Below, one piece after another: positions 38,370 through 49,700 of a stretch of 64,000 nt of DNA (the stretch's first letter is position 1; each line of letters begins with the position of its first letter). The notes beneath the pieces are model-generated. The model ran no database searches, was not told where the DNA came from, and saw only the letters and a program-made list of their open reading frames with translations. The stretch is taken from assembly GCA_964016885.1 (NCBI GenBank), contig OZ024744.1, positions 37,076,001 to 37,140,000 of the forward strand, read 5' to 3'. Source of the DNA: Eledone cirrhosa (taxonomy: Eukaryota). A program made the position numbers and the translations under genes.

Positions 38370-38938
38370 TCGCATCACCGCCACCACTGCCTCGGTACCG
38401 ACATCACCACCACCACTGTCTCAGTATCGCCAACGCCGCCAGTCTCTGCTGGCTACCACTTCCACATTATAGAATTCCTACTACTAACAAAGAGGAAGGC
38501 ATCAAAATATATAGATAGACTCAAAAGAAAAAAGAAAAAACAAACAACAAAAGCAGCACAGCAACAACAGTAAAAAACGAGAAAAACAGAGAAAAACAAA
38601 AACAAAAAAAGAAACCCCAAAAACGTAAAGAAAATAAGAATGAAGAGAGAAGCAGGCGGACGGACAGAGAAGAGGGGGGAAAAAGTAAAACTTAAAAAAC
38701 AAAAACTAAGTCAGACATTCGAATACTACATTACAATGAAACTTATGCTTATTCATTTTTGGGGCCCTTTCTGCCCGTGTGTTTGTTTGTTTATGTGTGT
38801 CCGTATACAGCGTGGTGATAATGCCACACAAGGGCCAAGTGGGATGGCGGATCCACAGATGGCTATGTAAACATACATTCGCCAATCCTCGATAAGAGTG
38901 TTTAAATATCGAACATAAACAGTTCGAATAACGGTGAA

Positions 38939-41900
38939 ATGGAGACTAGAACGTCATGTGACAGACTCTCACCCAACAGGTGCCCCCTGGCTCAGCAGCA
39001 GGAACCTGACTGTCAACCAAATACTGCTGATGTTGGAGGAAGAAGAAGAAGGAAAGGGGCCAGAACCAACTGGACGAAAGAATTGAATAGAACTGTTATG
39101 CAATGCTACCTGAAAAGTAACCCCAAGGAGAGGGGCTACAGGAGACGGATGCATAACATCTGGAACGAGATTGGTTTATTTAAATTAGATGAACAAAAAT
39201 TGGCCGGGCAGGCTCGGGTAATAAGAACTAATGGGTGGATAAGCGAGCTGGAACTGGAGGAACTGAGCAGAGAGAATGGCTTGGAGATGGCGGGTGTAGT
39301 ATGCCAGACAAGCGAGCCGGCGGGAAATGAAGGTGAGGAGGTCCTGAGAACGGAGGAACCACCCGAAGCAGACAATGATCTGAATACTGAGATAAATAAT
39401 ACCTGGAACAGAGATACGGCCACTGAGGAGATGAATGCTGACGGGCTAGGACAAGATTCGGTTGACATCCTAAATTTAGTGGTAGATGAGTTGAACAATG
39501 ATAGTGGGAGACCTATGAACCTAAGATTTGTAGACAGGAAAAAGTTAAAAGAAACAACAGCTAAGGTAAACAAAGTCATCCCATACCTTGAGGCGAGGAG
39601 TCTTCACCAGTGCAACAATATCCTCAAAGCAACAGCAAATACGGTGAGGAAACTACTTGGTATAAAAGCGAGAGGAAACAACAGACAAGAAAGAGCAGAG
39701 CCGTGGTGGAGGAAGCGACTGAGTGGGCAAATCGGGGAAATGAGAAATGACATAGGAAAGCTTGAGTCACTACTGAATGGGACACTAAAAAACATAGGCA
39801 CTAAAAATAGACTGGAAATAAAATACAAAACTAGGAGTAAAAAGCTAAATATTATCATAGAGGAATTGAAGCAACGCATTGTAGCAAAGAGTGCCAAAAT
39901 CAGGCGATACGAGAACAGAGTCAGTCAGTATAAACAGAACCGCATGTTCGACAACAACCAGAAGATGCTGTTTGGACAGCTTGAGGGGAAAGAAAGAGGC
40001 AACGACTTGATCCCTGGGGCGGAACAAGCTAAAACATTCTGGAGAGGAATATGGGAGCAGGATGTTAGACACAATGCCCAGGCAGGGTGGATTGAGACAG
40101 TACAGAGGGAGATCGGTGAGCAGGCACAGCAACAGACTGATTTGAGTATCACAGTTGAAACTCTTAAGGGGCAAGCCAAAAAACTAACCAACTGGAAATC
40201 ACCAGGCCCAGATGGTGTGCAGGGGTATTGGATTAAACATTTAACATCCCTCCACCCGAAGCTGACGGCCATGTTCAATGACTGCTTGGTGTCGGGTGAG
40301 GTGCCAGAGTGGTTGACAAAAGGTACCACAGTTCTGATAATGAAAGACCGAATCAAGGGTAATGATGTTACCAACTATAGATCTATCACATGTCTGCCCG
40401 TAATGTGGAAACTGTTGACGAGCATTGTGTCTGAGGAAATCTACCATCACCTCCACACAAACAACTTGTTGCCGGACGAACAGAAAGGATGCCGAAAGAA
40501 GTCACGTGGTACAAAGGACCAGTTGCTTATTGATAAGATGGTAATGGGGAATTGCAGGAGGAGACACACTGATCTTGCCATGGGATGGATAGACTACAGA
40601 AAGGCATTTGACATGGTGCCTCATTCCTGGATCACCAAAAGCCTGGAGATCTTCAGGGTGGCAGATAACATCAGACAGTTGCTGGGCAGGAGTATGGGGT
40701 CCTGGGAGACAGAGTTGACATCAACTGGAGTATCCTTGGGAAGCGTGAAGATCAAGAGAGGTATCTTCCAGGGAGATAGCCTGTCCCCTCTGTTGTTTGT
40801 CCTTGCCCTGATGCCCTTAACCATTATGCTGCGAAAAGTGAGAGCAGGATACAAGTTGGGAAGGGGAGAGCTTACCATCAATCACCTCCTCTTCATGGAC
40901 GATCTTAAGCTCTTCGGGAAAAGTGAGAAGGAGTTGGATGTGCTTGTTGACACTGTCCGTATTTTCAGCAGTGATATATGTATGCAGTTTGGTATTGGTA
41001 AATGTGGAGTCATTGTGATGAGGAGGGGTAGGTTGAGCAGAAGTAACGGGATCCAGATACCAACAGGTGAGATGATAAAGGAAATTGACTCTGAGGAAGG
41101 ATACAAGTATTTGGGCGTTCTGGAGGCTGATGGCATAAAGAACAAAAAAATGAAGGAATTGTTAAGAACTGAATACATTCGGAGAGTAAGGAGCGTATTG
41201 AAGTCACATCTGAACAGCAGAAATGCCATAAGCGCAGTAAATTCCCGAGCTGTGTCTATTATTAGGTACAGTGCGGGAATCCTGAGATGGAATGTTGCTG
41301 AACAAAAAGAAATGGATAGGAAGACTAGGAAGCTATTGACTATCTACAACATGTTCCACAAGAGGAGTGATGTCGATAGACTCTACCTAAGGAGATCTGA
41401 GGGTGGAAGAGGTCTTATCAGCATAGAGGACTGTGTTCAGATGGAGAAAAACAACCTATACAAATACGTGACCTATAGTAAGGAGCCAATGCTCAGAGCT
41501 GTACTGAAGGAGGGGACAGTAGGCCAGGGGATACCCAAGGAGGAAATAACATCAAGGAGGAAGAGCAGCCTTAAGGGAAAATCCCTTCATAGTACCTTCT
41601 TTGAGAAAACTGAATTTAGAGATCCACAGACATGGAACTGGTTGAGAAGAGGAGACCTCAAAAAGGCTACAGAAGGAATGCTAATGGCTGCGCAGGAGCA
41701 GGCCCTCAAAACGAAGTGGTTGAAGCACCATATCTACAAGGAGGAGGCTAGCCCACTGTGCAGGATCTGTGGAGAGAGAGAGGAGACTGTGGCTCACATT
41801 GTGTCCGAGTGTAAACACCTAGCCCAGACCCACTATAAGGGCTGGAGACACGATGTGATGGGCAGGGTGATCCACTGGCACCTGTGCAAAGTAAACAATC

Positions 41901-42331
41901 TACCACATTCTGAGAAATGGTATGAGCATAGGCCAGAGGCGGTGATGGAGAACAGTCAGGTGAAGGTGCTGTGGGATTTTAGGATACAGACGGACAAAAA
42001 ACTGGAACACAATAGACCTGACCTGGTGGTTGTGGACAAAGAAAAAAGATCGTGCCTGATTGTGGATGTGGCCTGCCCGTTCGACACGAGAGTGCAAGAG
42101 AAGGAGAGGGAGAAAATTAACCGATACCAGGACCTAAAGTGGGAGGTGAAAAGGATTTGGAACTGCCATGAAGTCAAAGTGATCCCGATTGTCATAGGCG
42201 CACTGGGGACTATCTCCAAAGGTTTCCAGGGATGGTTAAAGAAAATCGGCCCCTTCACGCTTTTTGGAACGCTTCTAAAGGCATGCTTGCTTGGAACGGC
42301 AAGAACCCTCCGATACGTCCTGAATATCTGA
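38939..42331 (+). CDS. R4/Dong-type polyprotein, 1130 aa: N-terminal Myb-like region, reverse transcriptase, CCHC finger, PD-(D/E)xK restriction-like endonuclease
   Basis: Open ORF with WT.E.N..VM.CY...GYR.RM..IW, KSPGPDG, WIDYRKAFDMVPH, RGIFQGDSLSPLLF, LFMDDLKL, YKYLG, CRIC..ET..HI.S.C, RHD, RPD, D...P, K..RY.DL. Confidence 0.93.
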   Translation: METRTSCDRLSPNRCPLAQQQEPDCQPNTADVGGRRRRKGARTNWTKELNRTVMQCYLKSNPKERGYRRRMHNIWNEIGLFKLDEQKLAGQARVIRTNGWISELELEELSRENGLEMAGVVCQTSEPAGNEGEEVLRTEEPPEADNDLNTEINNTWNRDTATEEMNADGLGQDSVDILNLVVDELNNDSGRPMNLRFVDRKKLKETTAKVNKVIPYLEARSLHQCNNILKATANTVRKLLGIKARGNNRQERAEPWWRKRLSGQIGEMRNDIGKLESLLNGTLKNIGTKNRLEIKYKTRSKKLNIIIEELKQRIVAKSAKIRRYENRVSQYKQNRMFDNNQKMLFGQLEGKERGNDLIPGAEQAKTFWRGIWEQDVRHNAQAGWIETVQREIGEQAQQQTDLSITVETLKGQAKKLTNWKSPGPDGVQGYWIKHLTSLHPKLTAMFNDCLVSGEVPEWLTKGTTVLIMKDRIKGNDVTNYRSITCLPVMWKLLTSIVSEEIYHHLHTNNLLPDEQKGCRKKSRGTKDQLLIDKMVMGNCRRRHTDLAMGWIDYRKAFDMVPHSWITKSLEIFRVADNIRQLLGRSMGSWETELTSTGVSLGSVKIKRGIFQGDSLSPLLFVLALMPLTIMLRKVRAGYKLGRGELTINHLLFMDDLKLFGKSEKELDVLVDTVRIFSSDICMQFGIGKCGVIVMRRGRLSRSNGIQIPTGEMIKEIDSEEGYKYLGVLEADGIKNKKMKELLRTEYIRRVRSVLKSHLNSRNAISAVNSRAVSIIRYSAGILRWNVAEQKEMDRKTRKLLTIYNMFHKRSDVDRLYLRRSEGGRGLISIEDCVQMEKNNLYKYVTYSKEPMLRAVLKEGTVGQGIPKEEITSRRKSSLKGKSLHSTFFEKTEFRDPQTWNWLRRGDLKKATEGMLMAAQEQALKTKWLKHHIYKEEASPLCRICGEREETVAHIVSECKHLAQTHYKGWRHDVMGRVIHWHLCKVNNLPHSEKWYEHRPEAVMENSQVKVLWDFRIQTDKKLEHNRPDLVVVDKEKRSCLIVDVACPFDTRVQEKEREKINRYQDLKWEVKRIWNCHEVKVIPIVIGALGTISKGFQGWLKKIGPFTLFGTLLKACLLGTARTLRYVLNI

Positions 42332-42405
42332 GGCTGCAGGTAGTGGCTTGATATTCAATCCAACGGACTTTCCAGTTAACCAACATCAATGACTGAGATT
42401 CAAGG

Positions 42406-42442
42406 AATAACAATAACAATAATAATAATTATAATAATTAAT
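42406..42442 (+). repeat. (AATAAC)2(AAT)n spacer 6, degenerate
   Basis: Direct. Confidence 0.85.
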
Positions 42443-42444
42443 TT

Positions 42445-45400
42445 AGATCAGAAATGTTATAGTCGAAAAAGAGGAAAATAGCAAAATGGCTAAATAGCTA
42501 AATAGCTAAATGGCTAAGTGGACAGACAGAAAAATAATTTCACCACCAACACCACCACCACTACCACACTAAAAACTCTAGTCAAGTTACCTCAACTTCT
42601 ATTTCTACTTCAACTTCAACACCATCACTACAGTACTACGATCACATCACCACCACCACTGCCTCATTATCGCTACCGCCGCTATTCTATCCACTACCTC
42701 CTCCTAAGTACTACTAGTACAGCACCAGCACCAGCACCACCACTGTCTCATTATCACTACCGCCGCTATTCTCTCCCACTACCTCCTGCTAAGACATGCA
42801 CCGTAGTGTCCCCACTAAAAGAGGAAGGCACCAAAATATATAAATAGACTGATTTGATGACCCGGTCAAAAAATAAAAAAAACAAAAATCAGAATCAAAG
42901 CAGCAACGCAACAACGAAAAACGTAAAGAAAGGAAAAATGAAAAGAAAAACAAACAGACAGACAGAGAAGGGAAGGGAAAAACTAAGTCAGACATTCAAA
43001 CATTACATTACAATTAAACTTATGCTTATTCTTTTTGGGGTTTGTTTTTTACGTATTTGTTTGTTTGTTTATTTATGTTCGTCGACAGCGTGATAGTGCC
43101 ACACAAAAATCACCGGGAGTGATGAAATCACCGGTGGTTATGTAACCATACATTCACCAATCCTCGATAAGAGTGTTTCAATGTCGAACCTAAACAGTTC
43201 GAATAACGGTGAAGTGGAAACTAGAATGCCATGTGACAGACTCTCACCCAGCAGGTGCTCCTGGCTCAGCAGCAGGGACCTGGCTGTCAACCAAATACTG
43301 CTGCTGTCGGAGGAAGAAGAAGAAGGAAAGGGACCAGAACCAACTGGACGAAAGAATTGAATAGAACTGTTATGCAATGTTACCTGAAGAGTAACCCCAA
43401 GGAGAAAGGCTATAGGAAACGGATGCATAACATCTGGAACGAGATTGGTCTATTTAAATTAGATGAACAAAAATTGGCTGGGCAGGCTCGGGTAATAAGA
43501 ACTAATGGGTGGATAAGCGAGCTGGAACTGGAGAAACTGAGCAGAGAGATTAGGTTGGAAATGGAGAGTGGAGTATGCCAGGCAAACGAGCCAGTGGGAA
43601 ATGAAGGTGAAGCGGTTGAGAGAACGGAGGAACCATCCGAAGCAGACAATGATCTGAATGCTGAGATAAATAATACCTGGAACAAAGATACGGCCATTGA
43701 GGAGATGAATGCTGACGGGCTAGGACAAGATTTCGTTGATATCCTAAACTTAGTGGTAGATGAATTGAACAATGATAGTGAGAAACCTATGAACCTAAGA
43801 TTTGTAGACAGGAAAAAGTTAAAAGAAACAACAGCTAAGGTAAACAAAGTCATCCCATACCTTGAGGCGAGGAGCCTTCACAAGTGCTACAATATCCTCA
43901 AAGCAACAGCAAATGCGGTGAGGAAATTACTTGGTATAAAAGCGAGAGGAAACAACAAACAAGAAAGATCACAGCCTTGGTGGAAGAAACGACTGAATGG
44001 TCAAATCAGGGAAATGAGAAATGACATTGGAAAGCTTGAGTCCCTAATGAATGGGACACTAAAAAACATAGAAACTAAAAATAGACTGGAAATAAAGTAC
44101 AAAACTAGGAGGAAAAAGCTAAATATTATCATAGAGGAACTGAAGCAACGCATTGTAGCAAAGAGTGCAACAATTAGGCGATACGAGAGCAGAGTCATTC
44201 AGTATAGACAAAACCGCATGTTTGACAACAACCAGAAGATGCTGTTTGGACAATTTGAAGGGAAAGAAAGAGGCAACGACTTGATCCCTGAGGCGGAACA
44301 AACTAAGACATTCTGGAGAGGAATATGGGAGCAGGATGTTAAACATAATGACCAGGCAATGTGGATTGAGACAGTTCAAAAGGAGATTAGTGAACAGGCA
44401 CACCAACAAACTGATTTGAATATCACAGTTGAAACTCTTAAGGAGCAAGCCAAGAAACTAACCAACTGGAAATCACCAGGCCCAGATAGTGTGCAGGGGA
44501 ATTGGATTAAAATATAACATCCCTCCACCCGAAACTGACAACCATGTTCAATGACTGCTTGATGTCAGGTGAGGTACCAGAGTGGTTGACAAAAGGTACC
44601 ACAGTTCTGGTAATGAAAGACCGAATGAAGGGTAATGATGTTACCAAATATAGACCTATCACATGTCTGTCCGTAATGTGGAAACTGTTGACAAGCATTA
44701 TGTCTGAGGAAATCTACCATCACCCCCACACAAACAACTTGTTACCAGACGAACAGAAAGGATGCTGAAAGAAGTCCCGTGGTACAAAGGACGAGTTACT
44801 TATTGATAAGATGGTAATGAGAAATTGCAAGAGGAGACACACTGGTCTTGCCAGGGGATGGATAGACTACAAAAAGGCATTTGACATGGTGCCTCATTCT
44901 TGGATCACCAAAAGCCTAGAGATCTTCAAGGTGGCAGATAACATCAGACAGTTGTTGGGCAAAAGTATTAAGTCCTGGAAAACAGAGTTTACATCAGCTG
45001 GAGAATCCTTGGGAGGCGTGAAGATCAAGAGAGGTTTCTTCCAGGGAGATTGTCTGTCCCCTCTGTTGTTTGTCCTTGCCCTGATGCCCCTGACCATTAT
45101 AATGCGAAAAGTGAGAGCAGGATACAAGTTGGGAAAGGGAGAGCTTACCATCAATCACCTCCTCTTCTTGGACGATCTTAAGCTCTTCGGGAAGAGTGAG
45201 GAGTTGGATGTGCTTGTTGACACAGTCCGTATTTTCAGCAATGATATACGTATGCAATTTGGTATTAGTAAGTGTGGAGTCCTTGTGATGAAGAGGGGTA
45301 AGTTGAGCAGAAGCAACGGAATCCAGGTACCAACAGGTGAGATGATAAAGGAAATTGACACTGAAGAAGGATTCAAGTATTTGGGTGTTCTGGAGGATGA

Positions 45401-46673
45401 TGACTTCAAGAACAAAAAAATGAAGAAATTGATAAGATCTGAATACATTCGGAGAGTAAGGAGCGTATTAAAGTCACATCTGAACAGTAGGAATGCCATA
45501 AGTGCAGTAAATTCCCGAGCTGTGTCTATTATTAGGTACAGTGCGGGAATTCTGAGATGGAATGTTGCTGAACAAAAAGAAATGGATAGGAAGACTCGGA
45601 AGCTATTGACTATCTACAACATGTTCCACAGAGGAGTGATGTCGATAGATTCTACTTAAGGAGATCTGAAGGTGGAAGAAGTCTTATCAGCATAGAGGAC
45701 TGTGTTCAGATGGAGAAAAACAACCTACACAAATACGTGACAGATAGTAAGGAGCCAATGCTCAGAACTGTACTGAAGGAGAGGATAATAGACCAGGGGA
45801 TGTCCAAGGAGGTAATAACAACAAGGAGAAAGAGCAGCCTTCATGAAAAATCCCTTCATAGTACCTTCTTTGAGAAAACTGAATTCAGAGATCCACAGAC
45901 ATGGAACTGGTTGAAAAGAGGAGACCTTAAAAAGTCTACAGAAGGAATGTTAATGGCTGCGCAAGAACAGGCCCTCAAAACGAAGTGGTTGAAACACCAT
46001 ATTTACAAGGAGGGGGCTAGCCCACTGTGCAGGATCTGTGGAGAGAGAGAGGAGACTGTGGCTCATATTGTATCCGAGTGTAAACACCTAGCCCAGACTC
46101 ACTATAAGGGCTGGAGACATGATGTATTGGGCAGGGTGATCCACTGGCTGCTATGCAAAGTAAACAATTTTTCACATTCTGAGAACTGATATCAGCAAAA
46201 GCCAGAGTCGGTGATAGAAAACGATCAGGTGAGGGTGCTGTGGGATTTTAGGATACAGACGGACAAGAAACTGGAACACAATAGACCTGACCTGGTGGTT
46301 TTGGACAAAGAAAAAAGATCGTGCCTGATTGTGGATTTGGCCAGCCCATTAGACACGAGAGTGCAAGAGAAGGAGAGGGAGAAAATTAACCGATACCAGG
46401 ACTTAAAGTGGGAGGTAAAAAGGATTTGGAACTGCCATGAAGTCAAAGTGGTCCCGTTTGTCATAGGCGCATTAGGTACTATCTCAAAAAGTTTCCAGGG
46501 ATGGTTAAAGAAAATTGGCCCCACCACGCTTTTTGGAACGCTTGAAAAGGCATGCTTGCTGGCAACAGCAAGAACCCTCCGATATGTCCTGAATATCTGA
46601 GGCTGCAGGTAGTGGCTTTATATTCATTTCAACAAACTTTCCAGTTAAATAACATCAATGACTGAGACTCAAA

Positions 46674-46674
<1 letters not shown>
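42445..46674 (+). mobile_element. R4/Dong-clade copy D3, older sister of D2; ORF ~43214-46600 broken by frameshifts and stops
   Basis: ORF pieces 43255..44517, 44544..44768, 44811..45659, 45710..46189 and 46211..46600 are colinear with the D2 protein. Confidence 0.92.

Positions 46675-46710
<36 letters not shown>
46675..46710 (+). repeat. (AAT)n spacer 7 (tail-to-tail junction D3/T6)
   Basis: Direct. Confidence 0.95.
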
Positions 46711-46712
<2 letters not shown>

Positions 46713-49700
46713 TGATTTCATTTATTAGCCACAAGGGCCGACATGTAGGGGACAATACAAAGACAGGGACAGTGGGGGTTTACAATAAGGTCGAGTAAAA
46801 GTGCACAATGGCAAGACTAATTTAACAATGAAAATATAAAAATATAAAATAAACTATGCATAAATATTACAAAATAAATTCCCCGATAGTGGGTGGACGA
46901 CACTGGGGTGATTTGGGTACCCCACCAATCCTGAACCACCCTGCGCTTCTAGGGCACCCAGGGAGAGCACTCTTCTCCTCAAGTTAGCTAGCCTATAGGC
47001 GCATGGTCATAGTAGGCCCATTCACACGAGCCATTCTCGCCACATTCACCCACCATTTAGCAAATATACTGGGGGGCAGCACTTCTCTCTCCACTCTCAC
47101 CTCGCTTTCCAAGTGAAACTTAAAGAAGTTGATGAGGGATTGGCCGAAGAGAAAAGTGTCTGTCTTCAGTCTTTTTAATCTGGTCCACCATATAACCTCT
47201 TTCGCTACTGCCACAAGACAGAGGAAAATTTCCTGCTCTTCCTGACCTAAGGAAGGCGGTGGATCGATCTTTACTATGGAGTCGGCCGATAGCCGGATCG
47301 TTTCACACGCGAAAGTAGCTGTTCGACATAACTCCACAAGTCTGTAATGCACGGACATTGGACAAGTGCGTGCAGAACGCTTTCATCGTTCTGAGCGCAT
47401 CTTGGGCAGGTCCGTCTGACAGCACTTCCGTGCCTGTAGAGTTTATCCCGAACCAGCAGCGCCCCCCCCCCCCCCCCGGTAGCACTGCCAAGCGAGGGAT
47501 TTCTGGAAATTGTCCATCGTCCCGGCTCAAAAGTCCTCCGGTATAGACTGGTTAGTTCGACTTCGTCGTGCCCCAAAGCTTCTGCGAGTGCGTCATCGCC
47601 CTTTCCCACCACTAATCCTCTATAGAACTCGAGAGTGAAAGTTCCACTGATCACATTGCCCGCTTGGTAGAGGGCAGTGAGTGCCTGGCAACATTCCAGG
47701 TGCCAGTCACCCAGTCTCGGTCTCTTCTTGAACCAGGACTGCAGCTCAGTCAAAGAAATGAGCTGCGGAAAGGCCCGTCTGATAAACGGCGACCACACCT
47801 GTTCACCGTTGAGGCAGAATATCTGGAGATGTCGCAGCCTCAACGCATCTCTGCGCATCATTAGCCACGGCACGCCCAGCCCTCCGCGTAGAGGGTGCTG
47901 GCAGCAGATGGACCGCCTCACCAACGGAACTTGTCCCTCCACAAGAATTTGAAGGGGAGCCGTTCCAACATGACGAGGAGCGGACGGAGGCAAGGCACGA
48001 TGGTCAGGCGGTAGTAGATGACGGACGCGATGTACGCATTCGCCACCTCCGCGCTATGTTCCTCCCAGCGATAGGTTCCTCCCAGCCCATTTTTGGGTGA
48101 GACTGGCTACTCTGCTCGTTACCTCGTCCCAATTCTTTTCCACCTGGAGGTCTGGTCCAAACCAAACCCCTAGCAACTTTACCGGTCCGTCCGTCCAGCA
48201 CCCCACGACGCTGTTGGACGGCATGGGCTTTCCTCTCCAGGTTCCGAGCAGCAAGCCCACCGACTTTTCCGGGTTAAGTTTGGCTCCTGTCAACCTTTCA
48301 TATTCCTTCAATAAGGTGCCGATCACCTCGATTTCTGAGGTGTTCGACGCCATCACGGTGATGTCGTCAGCATAAGCCGACACCGCCTTTCCACGTCCCG
48401 GCTCGAACGGGATACCCTGCAACAGCTCCAGCTTCTGCAATAAAGGCTCGAGAGTCAATACAGAAGGGAAGAGAGAGGGCACCCTTTACGAACCGATCGG
48501 GAGAGCCGAAATGGTTCCGAGAGGTGGCCATTAACCTTGACCACTGAGTGTGTGCCGCTGTTCATTGCAGCGATCCAGCTTCTAAATACAGGGCCGAAGC
48601 CAGCTGCTTTGAGGACAAACTCCAGATACCGATGGTCGACATTATCGAATGCTTTCGATTGATCTAAATTGATCAGTGCCCCACCGAAGCCAGGTTTACA
48701 CCCTACCCTCTCTATGATGTATCGCATGAGGTGGAGATTGTCGTGTATCGACCTGGCTGGGATTGCGCAAGTTTGCACCTCCCCAACCAAATCCTCGACG
48801 ACAAGCGCCAATCTCTTTGCTAACACCTTGGCCAAAATCTTAAACTCTGTGTTGAGCAGAGTTATGGGCCTGAAGTTGTCTAATGTATCCCTCTTGTTCT
48901 CGTCTTTCCTCATCAGCGTCACCACTCCCCTGCTCACAGAACTGGGAATACTCCCATTTTGCTGCCAGTTGCAGTAGAAGGCTTCGAGGAGTTCGGAGAA
49001 CAAGTCTGGCATATTTACGTAAAGCTCGTAGGGCAGGCCATCCAAACCGGGTAACTTGCGCCTCATGCAGCCGAGAAGGACATCCGGAATTTCGGCTAAA
49101 GTAATCGGCCTTTCGCAGCGCACAGCGTCTACCGTCGAGATGCGGGGCAAGCGGTCATTGTAGGGACTGAAATCTTCTACTCTCTCTGACTCACCACTCT
49201 CCCCGAATAACCGAGCAAAGTGCTGGCAAAACGTCTCACACACCGCTTGCAATCGCTTATCTCGTGTCCGTCTCGGTCCGCCAAAGACCGAATTGTGGTT
49301 TTATTACCACGCTGCGCCTCCGCCAGGCGGGCACATCGAACAGCTTTGGTTCCCTCATTTCTCAGCGCACGCGCCTTAGCTCTGACAATGCAACTTTCGT
49401 GTTTGGCCTTGAAGAAATGGTATAATGCCATTCTCACCGCTAGCACGTGAGTTGCAATGCCATTACAAATAGCCTTGTCTAACTTATCTATCAGCTCCCC
49501 CTCCTTTCTATTTTTCTCTAACGCTAGTTCTTTGCTGAACTCTATCGAAGTTACTCTAATCTCTCTTTTGAGAGCCCCCCCCCCCCATCTGTTGTTGATG
49601 ATCTCCCCTGTCAACATTTTCTTAACTAAATTGTTGACTCCGTCCCTGTAAGCCTTACGTACCAGCAATGACATGTTCAGCTTCCAGTAACCCGGTCCTA

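Larger units (their letters stand above)
37556..42405 (+). mobile_element. R4/Dong-clade copy D2, full length, with a ~1.4-kb 5' leader and a single ORF
   Basis: Bounded by (AAT)n on both sides; single RT-RLE ORF; short 3' UTR identical to that of D1. Confidence 0.93.
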
